The notes under the pieces were generated by a model. It was not told where the DNA came from and ran no database searches. It saw only the letters and a list, made by a program, of their open reading frames with translations. From the IMG/VR virus record IMGVR_UViG_2695420514_000009: DNA of 14,161 nucleotides; one strand, written 5' to 3'. Shown here in pieces: positions 8,095 through 14,161 of the stretch. Each line of letters opens with the position of its first letter. The first letter of the stretch is position 1. The translations under genes were made by a program, and so were the position numbers. The DNA is from a virus (lineage: Duplodnaviria > Heunggongvirae > Uroviricota > Caudoviricetes).

Positions 8095-8124
8095 GCGGGG
8101 GCGGAATGCCCCCGTGTCTTTTTT
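8095..8124 (+). terminator. rho-independent terminator-like hairpin immediately downstream of the major capsid gene
   Basis: CGGGGGC (8096-8102), loop GGAAT, GCCCCCG (8108-8114): a 7-bp all-GC stem, followed by a T6 run at 8119-8124. It lies 8 nt after the E stop codon. Confidence 0.55.
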
Positions 8125-8138
8125 CACAGGGGGATGAT

Positions 8139-8513
8139 ATGGCAACGAAAGAGCAAAATCTGAAACGGCTTGATGAACTGGCCCTGATTCTGGGGCGTGA
8201 GCCGGATATATCCGGGAGTGCCGCAGAGATAGCGCAGCGGGTGGCAGAATGGGAAGAGGAAATGCAGTCATCCGGCGATGATGTACAGGTTATGAATATG
8301 GATATCCGGGAGAGGGAAACCGCGGCTCATGATGTTCGTGAGGAAACATCCGGCGCGTTAACGCGCATCAGAGTTCTGACCTGCCTCCATCTCTGTGGCG
8401 TTGATGGTGAAACGGGGGAATCCGTTGAGCTTGCGGATGTTGGTCGGGTGATTCTGATTATGTCCTCAGATGCAAAAACACACGTTGATGGCGGAATGGC
8501 TGTTTATGCGTGA
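8139..8513 (+). CDS. FI: DNA packaging / head assembly accessory protein (gpFI-like)
   Basis: ATG at 8139 (MATKEQNLKRL...) preceded by AGGGGG, giving 124 aa. Acidic, gpFI-like composition and position between E and FII. The track ORF from GTG 8091 starts inside the terminator hairpin and is judged an over-extension. Confidence 0.75.
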   Translation: MATKEQNLKRLDELALILGREPDISGSAAEIAQRVAEWEEEMQSSGDDVQVMNMDIRERETAAHDVREETSGALTRIRVLTCLHLCGVDGETGESVELADVGRVILIMSSDAKTHVDGGMAVYA

Positions 8514-8859
8514 TTTTCAGAATGCCTTTGATGCCGCCCTTGCCGGGGTGGACAGTACGATTGTTGAAGTGATGGGCATCAGTGCGCAGTTCACCTCCGG
8601 TGCACAGCGTGGCGGCGAGGTTCATGGCGTTTTTGACGATCCGGAGTCGCTGGGTTTTGCCAGTAGTGGGATCCGTATTGAAGGAAGCAACCCGTCATTA
8701 TTTGTGCGGACGGATACGGTTCGTGCCGTGCGGCGTGGTGACACGCTGACCATTAATGGTGAGACGTTCTGGGTGGATCGTGTTTCTCCGGATGACGGGG
8801 GCAGTTGTTATCTCTGGCTGAACCGTGGGCAACCACCCGCAGTTAACCGGCGACGATAA
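8506..8859 (+). CDS. FII: head-tail connector / head completion protein (gpFII-like)
   Basis: 117 aa from ATG 8506 (MRDFQNAFDAAL...), matching lambda gpFII length and start region. Strong identity: RGDTLTI, FWVDRVSPDDGGSC, LWL and PPAVNRRR. Overlaps the FI stop. The start is ambiguous with the in-frame ATGs at 8470 and 8488. Confidence 0.85.
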   Translation: MRDFQNAFDAALAGVDSTIVEVMGISAQFTSGAQRGGEVHGVFDDPESLGFASSGIRIEGSNPSLFVRTDTVRAVRRGDTLTINGETFWVDRVSPDDGGSCYLWLNRGQPPAVNRRR

Positions 8860-8873
8860 ATGCAGGGTGAATT

Positions 8874-9449
8874 ATGGCGATAAAAGGGCTTGATCAGGCG
8901 ATTGAAAATCTGAGCCGGGTTCGTAAAAACGCCATTCCGTCGGCTTCAGCAATGGCTATTAACCGCGTGGCTACAACGGCGATTAATCAGTCTTCATCAC
9001 AGGTTGCCCGGGAGACCAGGGTGAGCCGGAAACTGGTAAAGGAACGGTCCAGACTGAAACGGGCGACGGTCAGAAATCCGAATGCCAAAATTATCGTTAA
9101 CCGCGGTGATCTCCCTGCTATTAAGCTGGGGATCAGGATGCTTGGTCATCGTCCGAACAGCATACTTAAAGCCGGTCAGCATCGTTATCAGCGGGCATTC
9201 ATCCAGCGATTAAATAATGGGCGCTGGCATGTTATGCAACGTTTGCCAGAAGCCCGGTATGCGAAGGGCAATGACGATAAAGGAAGGAAAAAGCGTAATC
9301 GTCTTCCCATTCAGGTGGTTAAAATTCCGATGGCGGCCCCACTGAAGCAGGCTTTTGATGAGAACGTTAACCGTATCCGGCGAGAACGTCTGCCAAAAGA
9401 ACTGGGCTATGCGTTGAAACAACAACTAAGGATTGTGATAAAGCGATGA
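8874..9449 (+). CDS. Z: tail completion protein (gpZ-like)
   Basis: 191 aa. N-terminus MAIKGL.QA.ENLSR, AMAINRVA and C-terminus RIRRERLPKELGYAL..QLR.VIKR match lambda gpZ. Confidence 0.92.
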   Translation: MAIKGLDQAIENLSRVRKNAIPSASAMAINRVATTAINQSSSQVARETRVSRKLVKERSRLKRATVRNPNAKIIVNRGDLPAIKLGIRMLGHRPNSILKAGQHRYQRAFIQRLNNGRWHVMQRLPEARYAKGNDDKGRKKRNRLPIQVVKIPMAAPLKQAFDENVNRIRRERLPKELGYALKQQLRIVIKR

Positions 9450-9841
9450 AACATACTGATATCCGTGCTGCAGTGCTGGATGCACTCGAGCAGCATGAAC
9501 ACGGGGCGACGCTGTTTGATGGTCGCCCCGCTGTTTTTGATGAGGCGGATTTTCCGGCAATTGCTGTTTATCTCACCGGCGCTGAATACACGGGCGAAGC
9601 GCTGGACAGCGATACCTGGCAGGCGGAGCTGCATATTGAAGTTTTCCTGCCTGCTCAGGTGCCGGATTCAGAGCTGGATTCGTGGATGGAAAGCCGGATT
9701 TATCCGGCGATGAGTGCGATCCCGGCACTGTCAGGCCTGATTACCACGATGGTTACGCAGGGCTATGAGTATCGTCGTGATGACGATATGGCGTTATGGA
9801 GTTCTGCTGATTTGACTTATTCCATTACATACGAGATGTGA
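9446..9841 (+). CDS. U: tail terminator protein (gpU-like)
   Basis: 131 aa, same length as lambda gpU and near-identical over long stretches ([53 protein letters not shown]). ATGA overlap with Z. Confidence 0.95.
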   Translation: MKHTDIRAAVLDALEQHEHGATLFDGRPAVFDEADFPAIAVYLTGAEYTGEALDSDTWQAELHIEVFLPAQVPDSELDSWMESRIYPAMSAIPALSGLITTMVTQGYEYRRDDDMALWSSADLTYSITYEM

Positions 9842-9848
9842 GGATGAT

Positions 9849-10601
9849 ATGCCAACACCAAATCCTCTGGCACCGGTAAAAGGTGCCGGTACCACCCTGT
9901 GGGTTTATAACGGTCAGGGTGATGCCTATGCAAACCCGTTGTCAGACGATAACTGGCAGCGACTGGCACATGTAAAGGATCTGACGCCGGGCGAGATGAC
10001 GGCAGAACCCTACGATGATAACTACCTGGATGATGAAGACGCGGACTGGACTGCGACCGGGCAGGGGCAGAAGTCTGCAGGAGATACCAGTTTTACGCTG
10101 GCCTGGAAACCGGGAGAAGAAGGTCAGAAAGGGCTTATAGGCTGGTTTGAAAGCGGGGATGTGCGGGCCTATAAAATCCGTTTCCCGAACGGCACGGTGG
10201 ATGTGTTCCGTGGCTGGGTCAGCAGTATCGGTAAGGCCGTAACGGCGAAGGAAGTGATCACCCGTACGGTGAAAGTGACCAACGTGGGTAAACCTTCTGT
10301 GGCGGAAGAACGCAGCGAAATTACGCCGGTCACTGCGATTAAGGTGACGCCGACATCCGGTACGGTGGCAAAAGGGAAAACAACAACCCTGACGGTTTCT
10401 TTTGAGCCGGAAAGTGCAACCGACAAAACGTTCAGAGCGGTTTCCGCCGATCCGTCAACGGGAACCATTGCTGTGAAAGATATGGCGATCACTGTGACGG
10501 GGGTTAAGGCTGGAAAAGTGAGTATCCCCGTGATTTCCGGTAATGGTCAGTTTGCCACGGTAGCTGAAGTCACCGTTACTGAAGCGGGCGCTGCAGGGTA
10601 A
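9849..10601 (+). CDS. V: major tail tube protein (gpV-like) with C-terminal Ig-like (Big_2-type) domain
   Basis: 250 aa. N-terminal tube domain matches lambda gpV (GAGTTLWVY and following). The C-terminal ~90 aa are Thr/Val-rich with an alternating beta-strand pattern typical of bacterial Ig-like domains. Confidence 0.92.
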   Translation: MPTPNPLAPVKGAGTTLWVYNGQGDAYANPLSDDNWQRLAHVKDLTPGEMTAEPYDDNYLDDEDADWTATGQGQKSAGDTSFTLAWKPGEEGQKGLIGWFESGDVRAYKIRFPNGTVDVFRGWVSSIGKAVTAKEVITRTVKVTNVGKPSVAEERSEITPVTAIKVTPTSGTVAKGKTTTLTVSFEPESATDKTFRAVSADPSTGTIAVKDMAITVTGVKAGKVSIPVISGNGQFATVAEVTVTEAGAAG

Positions 10602-10614
10602 ACGGAGGTAATAC

Positions 10615-11046
10615 ATGTTTCTGAAAACCGAACAATTTGAATATAACGGTGTGTCCGTCACGCTTTCCGAGCTGTCTGCGCTGCAGCGTATCGAGCATCT
10701 TGCCCTGCTGAAACGACGGGCAGAACAGGCTGAAGCCAGCGGTAACCTGCAGGTGAGCGTGGAAGACCTTGTCAGAACCGGCGCGTTTCTGGTGGCGATG
10801 TCCCTGTGGCATAACCATCCACAGAAAACGGAGTCACCATCAATGAATGAGGCTGTGATGCAGATCGAACAGGAGGTGCTCACCACCTGGCCTGCTGATG
10901 CCATTGCCCGGGCGGAAGACGTGGTGTTGCGTCTGTCCGGGATGAGCGGGGCTGTTCATGTGGATACGGATATCACCGAAGTGGCGAAAAATAACGCGCT
11001 TACTGATGATGATTTTTCTGCGGGAAAGTCTTCGACGGCGAGCTGA
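10615..11046 (+). CDS. G: tail assembly chaperone (gpG-like)
   Basis: 143 aa with RBS GGAGG at 10605-10609. Near-identical to lambda gpG at the N-terminus (MFLKTE.FE.NGV.VTLSELSALQRIEHLAL) and at GAFLVAMSLWHNHPQKT. Slippery heptamer G GGA AAG at 11022-11028, 6 codons before the stop. Confidence 0.93.
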   Translation: MFLKTEQFEYNGVSVTLSELSALQRIEHLALLKRRAEQAEASGNLQVSVEDLVRTGAFLVAMSLWHNHPQKTESPSMNEAVMQIEQEVLTTWPADAIARAEDVVLRLSGMSGAVHVDTDITEVAKNNALTDDDFSAGKSSTAS

Positions 11047-11486
11047 ATTTTGCCCTCAGACTGGCGCGAGAGATGGGGCGACCCGACTGGCGCGCCATGC
11101 TTGCCGGGATGACATCCACCGAATATGCCGACTGGCGACATTTTTACCGCACGCATTATTTTCAGGATACCCAACTGGATATGCATTTTTCCGGGCTGAT
11201 GTACGCTGTACTCAGCCTGTTTTTTTGCGATCCGGATATGCATCCCTCTGATTTCAGTCTGCTTGTCCCCCGGCATGAGGAAGAGCAGGTGGAGAGGCTG
11301 GATGAGGACAAAATGCTGATGCAGAAAGCGGCAGGACTTGCCGGAGGCGTCCGGTTCGGTGGGGACGGAGGGGGCGATATTTTATCGTCTGCGGATGTGG
11401 CGGATGTCATGGTGGATGATGCTGCATTAATGATGGCTTCAGCGGGGATTCCAGGAGGTGTGAGATATGTCCCAGCCGGTTGGTGA
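10615..11486 (+). CDS. GT: tail assembly chaperone G-T fusion produced by programmed -1 ribosomal frameshift (G frame 10615-11027, then T frame from 11027/11028 to 11486)
   Basis: The slippery site GGGAAAG at 11022-11028 is the same heptamer used by lambda G/T. The -1 frame after the slip is open to 11486 and encodes gpT-like sequence (MGRPDWRAMLAGMTSTEYADW, HFSGLMYAVLSLFF, VLMQKAAGLAGGVRFG) with no independent RBS. Confidence 0.85.
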
Positions 11487-14101
11487 TCTTATTATTGACC
11501 TGAGTCTGGATGCGGTCCGTTTCGATGAGCAGATGAGCCGGGTAAGGCGTCATTTTTCAGGACTGGATACTGACGCCAGAAAAACCGCCACTGCTGTTGA
11601 ACAGGGGCTGAGCCGTCAGGCGCTGGCTGCGCAAAAAGCCGGGATTTCCGTCGGACAGTATAAAGCGGCCATGCGCACCCTGCCCGCACAGTTTACGGAT
11701 ATCGCCACGCAGCTTGCCGGTGGTCAGAATCCCTGGCTGATCCTGCTGCAACAGGGCGGTCAGGTGAAGGACTCCTTCGGCGGGATGATCCCCATGCTCA
11801 GGGGGCTTGCCGGTGCGATCACCCTGCCGATGGTCGGGGTCACCTCGCTGGCGGTGGCGACAGGTGCGCTGGCGTACGCCTGGTACCAGGGGGATTCCAC
11901 GCTTTCAGCGTTTAATAAAACCCTGGTTCTTTCCGGTAATCAGTCCGGACTGACTGCCGATCGCATGTTGACGCTCTCCAGAGTCGGACAGGCCGCAGGG
12001 CTGACGTTTAACCAGGCGAGTGAGTCACTGGCAGCCCTGGTGAATGCCGGTGTGCGTGGTGGTGAACAGTTTGATGCGATCAACCAGAGTGTTGCGCGTT
12101 TTGCGTCTGCATCCGGTGTGGAGGTGGATAAAGTCGCTGAAGCCTTCGGGAAGCTGACCACTGATCCGACGTCGGGACTGATGGCGATGGCGCGCCAGTT
12201 CCGTAACGTGACGGCAGAGCAGATTGCGTATGTTGCACAGCTGCAGCGTTCCGGTGATGAGGCCGGAGCCTTACAGGCGGCGAACGATATCGCCACGAAA
12301 GGCTTTGATGAGCAGACCCGCCGTCTGAAAGAAAACATGGGGACGCTGGAGACCTGGGCGGATAAAACAGGGAAGGCGTTCAAATCGATGTGGGATGCCA
12401 TTCTGGATATCGGTCGTCCGGAATCCTCAGCGGATATGCTCGCCAGTGCGCAGAAGGCATTCGATGAGGCGGATAAAAAATGGCAGTGGTACCAGAGCCG
12501 GAGCCAGCGTCGGGGAAAGACCGCCTCTTTCCGTGCCAACCTTCAGGGCGCATGGGATGACCGTGAAAATGCCCGTCTGGGGCTGGCGGCGGCAACACTG
12601 CAGTCGGATATGGAAAAAGCCGGTGAACTGGCGGCAAGGGATAAGGCTGAGCGTGACGCGTCACAGCTGAAATATACCGAAGAGGCACAGAAGGCGTATG
12701 AACGGATGCTGTCGCCGCTGGAGAAATATACCACCCGTCAGGAAGAACTGAATAAGGCCCTGAAAGACGGAAAAATCCTGCAGGCGGATTACAACACGCT
12801 GATGGCGTCGGCAAAAAAGGATTATGAGTCGACGCTGAAAAAGCCGTCCGGTGTGAAGGTTTCAGTCGGTGAGCGCCAGGAAGACCGGGCACATGCAGCT
12901 ATGCTGGCGCTTGAAACCGAGCTCAGGACGCTGGAAAAACACAGCGGTGTGAATGAGAAAATCAGCCAGCAGCGCCGGGATTTATGGAAAGCGGAAAATC
13001 AGTATGCGGTCCTTAAAGAGGCTGCCACGAAACGGCAGTTATCTGAGCAGGAAAAATCCCTGCTGGCCCATGAGAAAGAGACGCTGGAGTACAAACGCCA
13101 GCTGGCTGAGCTGGGCGACAAGGTGGAACACCAGAAACGGCTGAATGAGCTGGCGCAGCAGGCGGCGCGGTTTGAACAGCAGCAAAGCGCGAAGCAGGCG
13201 GCAATCAGCGCAAAAGCCCGCAGTCTCACCGACCGTCAGGCGCAGCGCGAGTCGGAAGAGCAGCGGCTTCGTGACGTGTACGGTGATAATCCGGCTGTGC
13301 TGGCGAAGGCCACATCTGCACTGAAGAACACCTGGTCTGCGGAGGAGCAGCTTCGTGGAAGCTGGATGGCTGGCCTGAAGTCCGGCTGGAGCGAGTGGAA
13401 AGAGAGTGCCACGGACAGTATGTCGCAGGTTAAAAGTGCTGCCACGCAGACCTTTGATGGTATTGCGCAGAATGTGGCGGCGATGCTGACCGGCAGTGAG
13501 CAGAACTGGCGCAGCTTCACCCGTTCCGTGCTGTCCATGATGACAGAAATTCTGCTAAAGCAGGCAATGGTGGGGATTGTCGGGAGTATCGGCAGCAATG
13601 ATGACAGAAATTCTGCTTAAGCAGGCAATGGTGGGGATTGTCGGGAGTATCGGCAGCGCCATTGGCGGAGTTGTTGGTGGCGGCGCATCAGCGTCAGGCG
13701 GTACAGCCATTCAGGCTGCGGCGGCGAACTTCCATTTCGCGACCGGGGGATTTACGGGAACCGGTGGCAAATATGAGCCAGCGGGGATTGTCCACCGCGG
13801 GGAGTTTGTCTTCACGAAGGAGGCAACCAGCCGGATTGGTGTCAGCAACCTGTACCGCCTGATGCGGGGCTATGCGGAAGGTGGTTATGTGGGCGGTGCC
13901 GGAAGTCCGGCGCAGAGGCGGCGGGCGGAAGGCATTAATTTTAATCAGAACAATCACGTGGTGATTCAGAACGACGGCACGAACGGGCAGATAGGTCCGG
14001 CTGCTCTGAAGGCGGTGTATGACATGGCCCGCAAGGGTGCCCGTGATGAAATTCAGACACAGATGCGTGATGGTGGCCTGTTCTCCGGAGGTGGACGATG
14101 A
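11467..14101 (+). pseudogene. H: tail tape measure protein gene (gpH-like), frame disrupted by a 61-bp tandem duplication; present as a 717-aa N-terminal ORF (11467-13620) plus a C-terminal ORF in the +1 frame (13598-14101)
   Basis: RBS AGGAGG before ATG 11467. The N-terminal part is coiled-coil-rich with a hydrophobic segment, typical of tape measure proteins. The C-terminal ORF encodes a Gly-rich conserved gpH C-terminus (GGFTGTGGKYEPAGIVHRGEFVFTKEATSRIG). Removing one repeat copy restores a single ~857-codon ORF, against ~853 aa for lambda gpH. Confidence 0.8.
13536..13657 (+). repeat. 61-bp direct tandem duplication (2 copies, 59/61 identical) inside the tape measure gene
   Basis: Copy 1 is 13536-13596 and copy 2 is 13597-13657. 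They differ at the first base (C vs A) and at 13557 vs 13618 (A vs T). The second difference creates the in-frame TAA (13618-13620) and a CTTAAG hexamer (13616-13621). Confidence 0.9.
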
Positions 14102-14161
14102 AAACCTTCCGCTGGAAAGTAAAACCCGGCATGGATGTGGCTTCGGCTCCTTCCGTAAGAA
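14098..14161 (+). CDS. M: tail tip assembly protein (gpM-like), 5' fragment; continues beyond the window
   Basis: ATG at 14098 overlaps the H stop (ATGA). The encoded MKTFRWKVKPGMDVASAPSVR matches the lambda gpM N-terminus. Confidence 0.85.
   Translation, partial: MKTFRWKVKPGMDVASAPSVR

Noticed and set aside
8091-8138. GTG start at 8091 for the FI ORF
   Set aside because: It would begin inside the terminator-like hairpin. The ATG at 8139 has an RBS and gives a gpFI-sized product.
13536-13657. CRISPR array or programmed ribosomal frameshift as the explanation for the repeat in H
   Set aside because: There are only two directly adjacent copies with no spacers, so it is not CRISPR. There is no slippery heptamer or stimulatory structure, and the frame change is fully explained by the 3n+1 insertion length.
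13577-14101. Independent 174-aa gene starting at TTG 13577
   Set aside because: The sequence is the conserved C-terminus of the tape measure protein displaced into the +1 frame by the duplication, so it is treated as part of the disrupted H gene rather than a separate gene.

Overview
This window is the cos-proximal head and tail morphogenesis module of a lambda-like (lambdoid, cos-packaging) siphovirus, most likely an enterobacterial prophage or replicating phage genome, since sequence continues across cos. All calls rest on reading the sequence and on recalled lambda protein sequences; no database search was run. Gene order on the + strand is fully syntenic with lambda: cosQ/cosN/cosB, Nu1, A, W, B, C with nested Nu3, D, E, FI, FII, Z, U, V, G and G-T (-1 frameshift), H, and the start of M. 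Upstream of cos lies an AT-rich region with a leftward small ribbon-helix-helix-like ORF, a bidirectional terminator and a small rightward ORF. The most striking anomaly is a 61-bp near-perfect tandem duplication inside the tape measure gene H (13536-13657). Because 61 is 3n+1, it shifts the frame and creates a premature TAA, splitting an otherwise intact ~857-codon gene into 717-aa and ~167-aa pieces. Other notable points are a cosB built from ACCGGACATG-type repeats unlike lambda R sites, paired with a divergent Nu1 N-terminus; a triplicated ~46-53 aa module in the Nu3 scaffold region; and a strong terminator-like hairpin after the major capsid gene. No convincing novel multi-gene system (defence, toxin or similar) was found beyond these.
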